This document shows positions 25,700 through 38,820 of a stretch of 64,000 nucleotides of DNA, piece after piece. The DNA comes from Cenococcum geophilum (lineage: Eukaryota), in the NCBI GenBank assembly GCA_050273025.1, contig CP158636.1, positions 62,001 through 126,000 of the forward strand, read 5' to 3'. A program made the translations under genes and the position numbers. Every line of letters starts with the position of its first letter. Position 1 is the first letter of the stretch. The notes under the pieces were generated by a model. That model ran no database searches and was not told where the DNA came from. It was given only the letters and a program-made list of their open reading frames with translations.

Positions 25700-27250
25700 T
25701 ATACACCGTAAATAATACCTAACTATGCGCTACCGCGTAGAGTATCCTCGCCCTTAGGCGTACTAAGAGGCCTAAATACGTCTTTAGCATATAAGCTAAA
25801 GTAGAAAAAGTTTAAGGAGTAGTATATTTATAGCTAATATACGCCTTTACTAGGGCCTATAAGCAGAAGTAGTATTATAACAGCGACACTATTATAGAGG
25901 GGAGGCTACTCCTTTTTCTCGTTAATGTTATAGGTCGGACGTGCTGCGCGGTAAGGAGTAGTTCGCGGATAGTTTAAGAGCCCTCCTATAAGGTTATATT
26001 ACTAATTTATATAACCTCTTCTTCTCTAGCTACTTCCTTAGTACGCTTATCTTTTATATCTAGTAAAGTCTAAAGCTTAACTAGGTGCTTCCCGTTACTA
26101 ACTAGTAAGGCTATTATAAGTTTATCCTATCTGCTTATAAGCTACTAGACTATATTTACCTAATCCCTTAACTTAAAGAGCGCCTAGTCGTTTATATAAT
26201 CCTAAACTTATAGTCTACTATCCATTCCTCCTAATATAAGGTAGTCTTTAGCCTAAACCAGCCCCTATATAGCCCGATTATAAGCCTCTAGAGTATAGAT
26301 AAGTTTTCCGTTTTATTAGTCCTAGGTTTAAATAGTCTTATCCACTCCGGAAGAAACTAAGTTTCCGTAGAAATTTATAAGTTACGTAGTGACTTTTATA
26401 TAACCTTTACAGGTTATAATATATATCCTTTATTAGTTTCCTAGTTAGTAGTATACTATTAAATTAGAGCTAGTAGCTAGGGCCTACTAACCTATTACTA
26501 ATCCTCTAGATTTTTATAACCCCTCTACCGCTACCTATTGCTAGTAGGGTGTAGTCTTTATTAAACCTAAGCATAGTTATATAGCTAGGGTAGTTTTATA
26601 AAACGTATAAACATTAGCCAGAGGGAAGATCCTATATCCTTATAGTGGTATTATTAGAACCGCTTATAAGTAAGTTATCGCGTAGAGCAAGGTATAAGAT
26701 AGTATCAGCATGCCCGTTAAGCGTATATACATACACGCCGGAGCCGGTATCCTAAACCCATAATACTATATCCTTAGAGCCAGACACTACGGTTAAATCA
26801 CTAGTAAATAGTACACACCGTATAGCTTTGGTGTGTCTAGTAAAACTATATACCTATAAACTAGCCCACTTTTTAGTACGTATAACTATCCGTAGGGAAG
26901 GAAGGGTTAAGGAGTTACCTAGATTTAAGGCTCCAAAGCCGCATAATGCCATTATTATTAGCCGTAGCTATAACTTTATTATAATACGCAATGTCCTACA
27001 GCCTTCCAGCCTATATAACCTGCTTATATAGATATTCTCCTTTAGATAGTATAAGCGCAGTATATTAACACTTAGTATTAAGAATTATAACAAGACCACC
27101 TAACATAGAAGCGATAAGAAATTTATCCGTAATACGCAGCTAATTAATATAGGTAGGGCTATTAAGTTAAAACCTAGACTGTAAACTTATTTTTATCTTT
27201 AATAATGACAATAAATTGGAACGGGGTTTGTATATTTCTAAAGTGGTTAT
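25700..27250 (-). pseudogene. WD40-repeat protein (Cdc4/Met30-like propeller)
   Basis: HTKAIRCVLF..VVSGSKD..V(W)D; LNGHADTIL(C)LAL..LISGSN(D)TTIRI(W)DL; LVSSGVDKTI(Q)T(W)D; ILGGMDSRL(Q)V(W)D; stops fall at W/Q codons. Confidence 0.85.
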
Positions 27251-28108
27251 ATTTAAGTAACAATACCATTAGAACCCGTGCCGTAATAATATACCGCATT
27301 ACCACGTTACCCTTTCGCTAAGCCCCCCTAATTAAGCCACTCCACTCCTATAAAATATTCCTCTTATCTTATATACGGCACATATACGCCATTATATTGT
27401 ATAGCCTATATCCTACAGGTTTATATGCTAAATTAGTACTATTGGGCCGGTTATCTTAAATATCGCACTAGATATTTTCGTAATTGTAATAATTAACTAG
27501 CCCGTGATCTTAATGGTAGTTAAATATCTAAGTTAACTTACTTAGCGTTATACCATTTCTAGCAGCGTAGGCCGAAGAGGATACGCATTGTATGCTATAG
27601 CTAAATATCTATTAAACGCGAACGAATAGATTGGTATGGAGACTTTTAACTAGGGTATATACTTACAGCAAAAACCTAGTAAAAAAGTCCTTGGCGATAA
27701 CCGTCTACTTATAAACAAAACTAAAAAGACTATATCCAGCTATATATATCGCTATATAGTAAACCTATAGCTATTAGACTAAAGGAATAAGAGCTAATAT
27801 AAACTTAACTTATATAGGCCGTATAAACGTTACGCTTCTCTATACTAGCCGGTAAGTAGCTATTGATTTCCTACGGGTCCCTAGGTGCAAGAATATACTT
27901 AGGAGGCAATTTTTTTGGTTGCGGTTAGTCTACTACTACAATTACGGTATTCCTAGCCGCGAGAGTATAGAGTAAAATGGTAGTTGGCTTTATGTTATTA
28001 AGAAGATAAAGAGGAAGCTATATTTATATAGACTTTATAAGGTATAATTAATAAGGAATAAGAATAAAGCTTTATATCTTTCTAGTACTATTAAAGAGAT
28101 ACCAAAAT

Positions 28109-28863
28109 ATGGCAGTAAAGTTTAAGTTAAATGGACATATAACACATATAGCAGTATAGGCTGCGCCTAGCCTACATCACTATATAGGAAGCGGCAAAAC
28201 AGCTACGCCTATAATGGCCCTATTACCTATTTCATTAATACAAAGCGCTATAATCCTATTACTTAACTGGAGGCGTTATACGGCACGGCAGTATTGCGTA
28301 TATAATGGCGCCGAACTTTAACCTTTATCTTCCGTTGCTAACGGGCCTAAAATATATACCCTTAAAGTAAGGGGATAAGTTAAATAGCTAGATATATATA
28401 GCGGTTGTAAATATACGGGGATAATATATAAAGTCTCCGACTATATTATATAATGCACTACTATAATAGGCATATTTTAATGTATCCCTTAATATAGTAA
28501 TTTTCTTAGGTTATTAATAAGAATCAACTAATTAGAATAGCTGGTTAATATAAATATCTAACTAAATCTAGTTGTAAATATAAGCGGCCTTAGCAAAGGG
28601 CCCTACTATATTAAGGGATAGGCGGTTAGAGATTAATCCGTTAGGGCGATGTAATGGCTTAGCTTTTCTAAGGGTACTATAGCAATATTACCGGTGTTCT
28701 ATATTACGTTTAGTATAGCGTATTCTTATAAGGTATATTAGGAGTAGAGGGATTGGTTATATTAATAAGACATAATAGTTTAAAGGAAGTTTGGATAAGT
28801 AATGCTAATTCCTATATTGGATTGGTAGACGTGGCCGCTAATATATTAAAGTATAAAAGATAA
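28109..28863 (+). pseudogene. Degenerate gene of unknown function
   Basis: ATG-led coding-like stretch with RIP-type stops; no family recognised. Confidence 0.3.
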
Positions 28864-29046
28864 GGGAAATATAGGCTAATAAAGAAGATATATGCTAAAG
28901 ATATACACTGTTTTATCCGCAAGTCTTTATTAGAGTTACCACCTATCCCATAATATATTTATAGCAACCACTTTAGGGTGTGCAGTACTATATACTATGT
29001 ATATCAGCTATAATAGTATTAATTAACAAATACACTTCTAGTAGAA

Positions 29047-29455
29047 ATGCGGCCTTTTGCGGTAATCGGGGTGATGGCTACGGTAGCTTCGGTTATATCC
29101 GCTGGTTACTTTTATAACGGAATAATAGGTAATAAGGTCCTAGGGCATAGCGCTATAAATATAGTATACTAGATATTCTAAGGGAACTTTCTAAAGGCGC
29201 AGAGTCGGACATTATACGTAACGGATACTGCGACTAGATCCTCGTAGTTTTTTAAGATTAAGCTAAAGAATAGTAATACGGTTTTTAAATTGCAGGTATA
29301 TAAAGATGGACTATTACCAGAAGTTAGCGGATGCGACTATAGAGGGGAGAAGACTGAGGACGGATAGTATTAGAAGTAAGTTTATTAAGGCGGAGATTAG
29401 GTAGTTTAAGTACTAATAGTAGTATAGAGCGGACCTAAACGCTGGAGTTTACTAG
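29047..29455 (+). pseudogene. Small secreted cysteine-rich protein (effector-like; resembles the Y3-like glycan-binding family)
   Basis: Signal peptide MRPFAVIGVMATVASVISA; Cys codons apparently RIPped to Tyr; (C)KDGLLPEVSGCD..(G)G; GTAAGT..TAG intron ~29376-29427; C-terminal AD(P)NAGV(C)*. Confidence 0.7.
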
Positions 29456-30049
29456 GATATAAGTTATATTAACTAATAGGGAGGAAACCCACTAATAAGG
29501 AAGCGAGAAGAAGGGGAGATAAAAGGTAAGAAAAAGAGAGAAGTAGCAAAAGCTGCGTTAATAAGGAGGGGGTTAAGGTTTGGAAAGAGGGACGGGAAAA
29601 ATAAGGTAGAAAGAGATATAAAGGTTATATATAATATAGGTAGTGTTAAAAATAAAGATTAAAAGAATAAGAAAGTGTGTAAGGTTAAGTTTAGCTATAA
29701 TATAGGTAGGAATAAGTAGGATACTACTTAAAGGATAAAGGACCTAGTTAATTAGACTAAGGACTAAGCTATTTAATCTAGATCGGTTAGATCGAATACT
29801 AAGTAACTAACCTAAGTTAGGAACTTTACGGAGGTTTTATTTATATGGAGTTGGACTTATATTTAAAAACATATTCTTTTACCTAAGGGTACATTCGGTT
29901 GCAAATCGGCTCTATATTATTTGTTTAATCTATACATATTTTAGTATCACCCGTTTTATAATTAGTGGCGGCTACTACTATAGCTTATTTAAATCTGTAA
30001 TTAAGTTAATTATTTAGTAAGCTTCTATATAACGCTCTAGATTTGGCTT

Positions 30050-31185
30050 TATATAATACGTAATTAATATTAGCGAGCGATTTAAGTAAGCTCCTCTCTG
30101 CCACTAGGCCTCTATCGCGACTCCCTACTTTAGTGTAGTAATAGAGCCTCCTCCTCAACTAACGCCCTCTCTATAATTAACGCTTTCTATACCTTTACCC
30201 ACCTTCCGTAGGAGCCGTAGTAGAACTATAGCAATGCCTATAACGCCTGCGACGCCCTAGAAATAAGCTTATTGTAATTACAAAGGTTAGAATAATAATA
30301 TTATATAAGGTATATAAATGCGATAGTAGTATTGCAATCTAGGTGTTTAAAGTTGTTACTTTAGCGTATTATAAAAGCTCTAAATTAATATAGAATATAA
30401 AACGGAGGCTTAAAGGTAACTTATTTATTACGGCGCTAGTAGAAAACAGTGGATTATAGTAGTGGATTATGGCGGACAATTATAGACAGTGTCTTACTGT
30501 TTTAGATAGTCGTAGTTACGTAACCAGGTAATTGCATAAAACCTTAAGCGGTGCTACCCTTCTTCCCTTTTTCTTTCTCTAGCTTTAGATCCTTATTTAT
30601 AAACAATCCAATCATATAGGCTTGCGCGACCCTTTTACCATACTCGTGCCTCGATTAACTAAATTACTAATATTATTAAAACGGTGCTAAGAACCTTATT
30701 TTAACTACCGTATATAGTATAGCCTATAAACTTAACGTGCTTACCAATATGGAGAAGCTCTATATTTAAAAGTTGTTAGATTTACCAAACGACTACCTTA
30801 TATTTAGATTTAAGCTCTATTTTAGTTAAATATAGAGCCTCTATATTGAATATAAAGTTGTAACTAAATGGCCCCTAAGTAGAATATTAGCGAATAAGCT
30901 TATAGCGACATTATATAATAAAGCTTAGCGCTAAAGGAGAAACCTTATCTACTATTTATATAGAAGACAAGCAATATATAACGCTTTAGCTCTATAACCT
31001 ATTAAATTAATATATAGGATACGTATACCAGGCCCTAAAAAGCCTCCTATCTCCTAGCGTCCCTATTACTATACTAGCTAAGCCTAGTGCTAGTATTAAC
31101 AGCCTTCTTCTAGAGCCTAACTATACTAGATGTGTAGATAAAAAAGTTAAACTAAGAGACCTAGCAGCTTAGTATACTGCTTAGT
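30050..31185 (+). pseudogene. Degenerate gene of unknown function, interrupted by solo LTR
   Basis: Coding-like sequence on both sides of LTR 30426-30672; ends just before palindrome 31205. Confidence 0.35.
30426..30672 (+). mobile_element. Solo LTR, Gypsy family A
   Basis: Similar to 23045-23270; TSD TTATT 30421-30425 and 30673-30677. Confidence 0.88.
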
Positions 31186-32109
31186 ATAAAGGCGCAGAAG
31201 TTGATTTCGGCATATTAATATACCAAACTTAGCGCCTTAGCAGCGCCTTAGCTGTTTATTTATACTCTTCCCTAGATTTATTTTCTTATTTTCCTTAGCT
31301 TAGTATCTTTATAAAATAGTATTTGTTTAATATACTTATAGACCTTAAGTAAATCCTCCGTGGAATATCTATATATTATCTATTAGTTGTAGCAGTAGCT
31401 ATCATAGATAGGGAGACCGCTAATAGGGCGGCTTCCTCTATACGCGGGCTTTGGTATATTACTAGAGTAGAGTGCGATTAGACCTATACTTTTAATAAAG
31501 TCCAGAATTTCCCTAACCTAGCTAGCTTTGCTAGAATGTAACCGTGCGAGGTATTACGCGACATTTATACTAGTATAGTAGCCGCTATATATAACGTAGA
31601 GGGTTACGCTAAGAGGACGTAATACCTTTTAAATATCAAGGCAGGACGTCTAATAAAGTAATGCAGGTTTATAGCTGCACTAATTACTAGGCTGCTTATT
31701 ACACGACGCGCATACCTCGCTTACCGTAGTTTTGTATAGGAAATTCGCTTATTACTTAGTAAAAGGTTAGTTAGTTTACTAAGTAACACATCCTATTACT
31801 ATAAAATAAAGTGGCGCGATAATTAACCTTATATCGTTATTAGTTGCTGCAAGCTCTTCTATATAGACTTATTATACCGTAGTGGAAACTAGTAAAGGTA
31901 AGAATATAATAAAAACACTTTTATGCGTTTAATATACTGACCGGAGTATAGAAATATAAAGGCCGAAATTACAACTAATTAAGGTGTAAGAAGAGAACTA
32001 AGAGTTTAACTAGTTTCTGCTAATAGTATATATCGCAAGTAACACTAATAATAACGACCCTACTACTTAGGCTATAACTAAAAGCCACTCTAGCATCTGC
32101 TAAGTAGTT

Positions 32110-34600
32110 GGATGTTTTATATAACTTGCTAAACTTACTTTTTAGCTAATATATAGATAAGCCACCTATAGAAAAGCCCCTTAGGAATAAGCTATCTCTA
32201 GAAGAGCCCCTTATAGGCAATATTAGTAATCTTAATTAATATACCAATAAATAATCTACGGGAGAGACCTCTGTGGATCCGCATGGCAGTATTAGGGAGG
32301 AGGGCAATATTATCAATCTGACTATATCTGTAAGAATACCCTACCGCTCTAAAAACGTAGCTAAATATATAGGCTATACTAATGAAAAATATAATTACAT
32401 TACCTCCTTACTTAACGCTATTTAATGCAGTAAGTGGCTTATTAATTAGCGACAATGCCAAGCTTCGCCGGTTTCCTATGGTTGCTAACCTCGCCTACTA
32501 GTCCTATATCTTGTTAACGCTATTAGATACATTTATAGAAGATATTTCAAAAGTTACGCAGAAGCATATAGATAATCTTCGCGAAAAGGATAAGTGGAAA
32601 ACCTTTATAGGAAGCTATATAGGTGGAAAGAAGAGTAATTTATCTATATATAAATCGTCTTCTAACTTAAACAAGGAGGAATTTAAGGTAGTTATATAAT
32701 ATATTACGAATTTAAACGGCTTAGGGGAGTACTTTAGAAAACCTAAAGCTAATAATCCCCGTCGGGGTTATATTAGAATATCTTACTAGGAAAATTCCCT
32801 AATAAAGACTTAGAACACCAAAGTAAGATAGCTAAAAGGGAATTACGGTAGTATAGTAAGGTAGAAGGAGTTAAAGCTAGATCTTATAACTATAGTTGTT
32901 AAGAATATAGAATTATAGCAACCTTGCGAAACTTAACCGAAATTTGTCTGACTTGCTAAGCTGTAGACAATATTACCCCCTCCTAATAGCTAGAAACCCG
33001 CGCTAATGGATAATAAGTATTTCCCTATAGTGGAGTGTAGAGAGCCGGTTTAGGAATGCCTTAATATGCTTTAGGAATATAAACGTAATTTTTAGGATCT
33101 AAAGAATGCTAAGGTATATCTCGACTGTGCTTTAAAAGCTGCTAAGACGCTTCGCTATCAATAGAGCTAAAGATACGTTTACTGTTTTCTATACTGTAGA
33201 TCAATAATATAGCTCTTATATTTTGATCGGTTAGGTCTTATAGTAAGTAAGCTACTAGATATCTAGATAAATACGGCTAAGTTTATCTAATACCTGCTTA
33301 GAGCATTTTATTATAAACCTAGTAGGCTTAGATACCCTACTAGGAAGGAGGCGCTATTCTATAAATATAATCCAGACAATAGACTGTTTTAAATAGTTAC
33401 TATAGATGGTCGATAACTATATATTAATAATTAGGAGGTAGGGCTACCTAGAGATTATCTTATTAATTGCGCGACTATGGCCTTTAAAGTAAAACTCGTT
33501 AACCTTAAAGAAAAGGAAAAAATAGGCTAGGACTAGTACTATAAGAGTAGCTAGCCTTAAGAGCTTTAGAAATATAAAGGGTACTACCTCTTAAGCCTTT
33601 AGAACTAGCTTAATATAGTAGAGTTACTTACCTACGGTGTTATTAAGGTTAAGAACGAGAATAACACTATAGTTTTTGGGCGATAGTGTTTTTTTAGGCA
33701 ACCAATGACCTTTCTTAAAACTTTTTACGATAGGGCTAAGATTTAGAGATTTAACTTTACCTAGTATACTAGGAGTATAACTTCTATCTTAGAAGATCTA
33801 ACGGCTTTACTATATAATCTAAGACGACCTAAAGGTAGATTATAGTAGGACTGCGATAATAGGGAATATAGAGATATTATCACTGCTTAGGTTAGCTCGT
33901 CCTTTAATAATACTATTTCTTTATTAGATTTCTTGCTAACAATATCCTTAATCTAGTAATAGGCCTTTTTAGCTATTAAAGTAATAGCTAAGAGGGGTAT
34001 AGTCTATAGGGACATTTTATTTATAAATATTAGGATTAATAATTAATATAAGCTAAAGGTTTGCGACTTAGATATAGCGGCGTCTATTAACGATTAAGGT
34101 ATAGGAGCACAGGATAGAACTGGCACAGTTACTTTTATAGCTACTTTATTGTTAAGTAAATCTTCTATACTATCTATATATCGACCAATCTATAATTACA
34201 AATCTATCTTTTAGCTCTATACTATTAACCTACTAAGTAGAGTTAGTATTAGAGATATTAAAGAGAACTTTATAACTATTATAAACCCCAGCGCGGGTAT
34301 TAACTTAGTAAGGAGTATAAAGAGGGAAGTTATTATATAGTTGGGTAATTTTAAAAGAAAAATATAGCGGCTTAAGGCTTACGCTTCTTTAAATACGCTA
34401 AAGGATTTGTTATTGTTCTTTTATCTTACCAAGCTTATAAGGGAATTTGCTAGCAATGACTATATTAATGACTACGAAAGTGCAAAAGAGGGAACTGAAA
34501 ATATCTGCTTCGACCACTATATTAAAATCATTAAATAAGCTCTTAATTTAGGCGTTGAATAAGCTATAAAGGGGATTGCTAAAATATTACTTTCCCTTTA
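32110..34600 (+). pseudogene. Fungal-type protein kinase (FunK1 / Pkinase_fungal)
   Basis: LRYQ(W)S(R)RYV..FDR(S)G ~33150-33240; GIV(H)RDI(S)F.NI ~33995-34030; KVCDLD(M)A ~34055; RTGTV.F(M)A ~34115; (H)RPI(HD)Y(E)SIF(W) ~34180. Confidence 0.88.
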
Positions 34601-35077
34601 AGTATCTAGCTAGTATTTATTTAGAATTAAGGAGCCAAGGGATTTAGAGGCTTTTTATAGTATACTGTGTCCGCTATAGTATTATTATAGGGTGCTTATA
34701 TTATAGATATATACCCTAAATAATAGAGTTTAATATAGTAAAGAGCATATATTTATTAATTAATATTACTTAAAATAGTGCGCCTTAATTATACATAAAT
34801 AAAGTAATAAAATTTGCTACTGTTATAGATATAGTTAACTAAGGCACTAGTATAATATGGTATATATATAGCCTATATAACTAATAGTCTATTAATAAGG
34901 ATCTAAAACTAAGAACTAAAAGAAGGTTAAGGAAAAAAAATATCTATATATATGCGCTAAGGCTCCAGCTAAGCCCCTAGCTAGGGTCTATAATAGTGCC
35001 GTAAAGTAGTATTATAATAGTAATAGAGCATATTACCTGCTATATTGCCGCGTTCTGCTAAAATACTAGGAAGTTGA

Positions 35078-35161
35078 TTTCAGCATATTAACATGCTAAA
35101 AGACGTTAGTTTTAGCATATCGATATACTAGGGGAAATTTCAGCATGTTAATATGCCAAAA
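35078..35161. repeat. Triple cluster of the 24-bp palindrome between convergent FunK1 and Spok-like genes
   Basis: tttcagcatattaacatgctaaaa; ttttagcatatcgatatactaggg; tttcagcatgttaatatgccaaaa. Confidence 0.85.
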
Positions 35162-35279
35162 AAAGTTAATTTTAGACTATTTGTAAGGATAAATAGGGGC
35201 ATAGTACTTCAATTAATATTTAGTATTTAGTAAAGCTAATCAGTACTAAGTACTTATTAAACTACTAGATAGGCCGCTT

Positions 35280-37780
35280 AATCTTAACCATCTAGAAATG
35301 CACTACTTAGCTTACTATAATTTAAGACCAAAATTGTCCTCTATATCGTGCTTCCCCTCCCTTTACTTTCTCTTCCGATTAGGTGGGACACCTAATAGCT
35401 ACCTAGTACGGATCTCCGCTTACTTAAAATCCACAAAACTAAGACGCTAACTATACTCGTCCTATAGAATGTTCCGTGGTTTAGGATCCTTTTATAGCAC
35501 CTATAGGTTATATAAAGCCCGTAAAACCGTAGCCGATTTGTCTATAAAGTACCTTTTATTCTCCCCTATAAGAAAGTCAAGGAGTAGCCGCTTAGCCTAG
35601 CTAAGGAAGAGTATACTAATATAAACCCTACCGTTATAGTAGTATAGGAGCTTTAGTATAACGGATCTAATATAGATAGGGATAAATTTCTCTTAGGTGG
35701 GATAAATGTAATTATAGATGCGCCGTTTATACTAGAGGTGGCCAAGATTAGGTTTTACTATCCCTTTCGCGACTAGAGTATATCTATGCGACAATAGCCT
35801 AACTTTAAAAAGCACTCCATAGGCTCCTTTAGTATATAGTGGCTTACAGTCCGCATTACTCCTATAGTCTATACTAAGCTGTTGCTAGATAAGGCGGAGA
35901 AACGTCCTTTAGTTAATATACTTCCTATTATAATCCTAAAAGTCATAGTACTACTTATCTATTACACCACTATATACTAGTCTAAGCAGACACCGCTATA
36001 TATAGTACAGTCACTCCTTAATCCTTAACCTGGATATTAGTTCCGCTAGCTTCTTATTACTAGCTATACCTTTCTTAGTTTTTCTACCTACTTTTTATTT
36101 TTTTGCAGTCGCCGCTTAGTTCTTAGCTATACCTTAACTGCTGCCCTAACGCGGGAGTGGTAAGTCTAGGGTAAAGTTATCTCCCTTATTATGCCTTTTA
36201 TTATCGCCACTAATATCTTTATTATTGCGGGTCGCTTTACCGCGAGACTATAATATAATTGGCGATTATAGAAACCTATTTTCGCGCTTAGACCTATACG
36301 CGCTATAGCTAACCTTTTTCTTCTTTTTTTTTAGAGTTGGTTTATAGAATATTAACACGCTTTACGGGCTAAATGGGTAACTTCTTTACTTTGTCGTGCT
36401 ATAACTAACTAGGCGCCTCGGCCCTGGCTACACAAATAATAAAGGTAAAATTCTCCGGAACCGCCGTTATATATAGTCTGTTTTTATTATCTTCTTAATA
36501 ATCTAGCTTTGGGATTAAGAGATGGTAGTAGACAATTAAAGGGTTATCTAAAATGTGTAGGAAAATAATAGCTTCTTCTATAAAGATGTAACCCTATTAA
36601 ATACCTTTATAGATTATGTCTAAGAAGAGCTGTGTAATTACTGCTGCTGCTACTAGCCATTTTAAATTAAATTTAAAGCTCTCGCCTTTTATTAATTATA
36701 TCTTTAACTAGTTAAATCTCCCTACCTAGCCTAGCTACTATATTATCTAAAAAGAACTTATGCGGCGCCTTGTATTTAATTAATATAATAGTAGTCTTTT
36801 TACCGCCTAACTGCTCGTATATACAGAACTGGTCTACTAGTCCACCTTTTATTTAATTTTTACTCCTTAAAATATTCTACTTAGCTTTTCCCCTACCCTT
36901 TTCTACTTTCTACCTTTTGCCTTACGCCGTCCCTATTATCTAGTTTGGCGTAGTGGGTCTACTAATTAACATTTACTCTATTTCCTCCTCAATTAGTATC
37001 CTACTTAGCTCTCCTATATTTATATAACTTTTAAACACTACCTTTCCCTAAAGCCTAAGCACTTCCTATAGCTGCTTATCTTTATATATTTTCTTAACTA
37101 AGCTCTATATATAGTTCTTAATCGTTTTATATACGTAGTGTTAGAGCCTAATCTCCGCGCTAATTAGATAGAGGTTTTTGCGGACATAATTAAGTTGGTA
37201 TAAGGACGGGAAGGTGTGCTTTAAATAGAAATCTAAATTAGTTAAGAATTTTTCCTAAACCTCTTCTTATTCTGGAATTAGTAAATCCTAGATCGCCACG
37301 TTATTATTTAAAGCTTTTTCCCCCCGTTTATATTCTATAACGTAGTAAAATTGCCCCCTTAAGAGAGGACTTAAAGCTAGACGTTCCGGTCTTATAACGA
37401 CTATATCCGGCTTAAGGGCTCTAAGCTTCTCTTATTTATTATAGGGAGGGTAAAATAGGAAATAGGAGGCTTATTATAGACTTCCCGGGGTATATACGGT
37501 TTGGTTTAGTTACTATATTATATATAGGTGCCGTATAGGAGAAAGGGGGGACGCTAAAGGTAGATGCCGTTAATTTAAAGCTATCGAATGCGTATAGACG
37601 TAATGGCCGTTTTTAAAGCTTTTATTAGGGCTTACACTCCTAATGAAAAAATTATCCACGCTACTACTACGTTATAGCGCCAACGCGCGCAGCTGCTGTA
37701 TATACGTCTCTATATTTGCTCTGGTAGTATAATAGTATAATTTTAATAGAACGCTAATAGTATAGCTAGGTTCCTAGGCT
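35280..37780 (-). pseudogene. Spok-family (spore-killer-like) protein: nuclease + Cys cluster + kinase
   Basis: F(E)S(HT)N ~37025; DQFCIY 36817-36834; I(E)YKAPHK 36757-36780; AAVITQLF; VYYHL; Y(CTQ)RCLL(G)L ~35978-36007; GVLFKVRLLSH(G)YTLVAKG; L(H)KDP(E)PRNIL ~35465-35500; VDF(ER)A ~35425. Confidence 0.82.
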
Positions 37781-38388
37781 CTACCGTGTAGAGGTATAAA
37801 GGCCGATTTTATAGTAGGTAGTTATATATTAGCTAGTAATATAGTAGAGTTTAATATACCTGCTTATTTAGGCCTCTACCCTAGTTTTCTAGTAACTGTA
37901 ATACACCTACGGTTATATACCTTCTACGGCTAAGGCCTAGCTAAAAGCCTCCCCCGCCTAAGTAAGTCCTGTTTACTCTATAAGTATATCTTATTAGCAT
38001 ACTATCCTAGAAACGGACGGTTCCGTCTATTAATATACTAATACGCGCATCCGTTCTCTTAAGCTACGTAATAGTCTCTCCGGCTAGGACGTGATCCTAT
38101 TTACTAGGTATACTAAGGGTTAGAGCCCAGCTAAGGGGTAATTAGAGCCAGCAGTGGCTAACTACGCACTTCGCCCTATAGGAGGCTAGTGGTAATATAG
38201 GGGCGTAACACCCTATACACCGCCAGTTCCTGTTTTGCGATACCTATAAGAGTCTCCTTATAATAGGCCGACTATGTCTTATAGAAGAGGCCTGTAGATG
38301 CTAGGTCCTATACTAGGCGACCTACTCTACCCTCTCCTACTAACTAAGCTTATGTCCCCCCTTTTTATAAGCTGGCCTATATCTCTAA

Positions 38389-38820
38389 CTATTAAGTCCT
38401 TATCTAACTAGCCTACGTTTCCCTATAGCCTCCTCTATATATATATACGTTAGGTTACATACACTACGCCTATTAAGACCCTCCTGTGAGTCGCCTATAA
38501 GTTAAACGCTATAGGGCCGTCAAAGCTAGCCTATATTTCCGCTGCCTAAAGCTTTACCTATATTTCTACCTTATTAAGCCGTCTAGTCGCCATCACGTCG
38601 CCATTACATCGCTGTCGCTCTCGACTAGGTCGCGTATACCACGCCTATTAAGACCCTCTTCTAAGTTACCTGGGTATACTAGATACCAAATAGGCCCTTA
38701 TAAAGGGGCCTTAATGAGTTTTTTAGGCAGGGCCTTAATAAGTTCTTTATGGTGGTCTTAGGGCCTTAATAAGTTTTATATAAAGTATCTGCGACGTATT
38801 AACCTTAATAAGTTCTTATA
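38389..38820. repeat. Cluster of GGGCCTTAATAAG-like motifs, three inverted then four direct
   Basis: tattaagtcct ~38390, tattaagaccct ~38471 and ~38647; gggccttaat(g/a)ag ~38706, 38730, 38761 and ccttaataag ~38803. Confidence 0.65.

Noticed and set aside
28187..28201. GSGKT as the Walker A of an NTPase/NLR
   Set aside because: No G at the GxxxxGKT first position and no Walker B recognised
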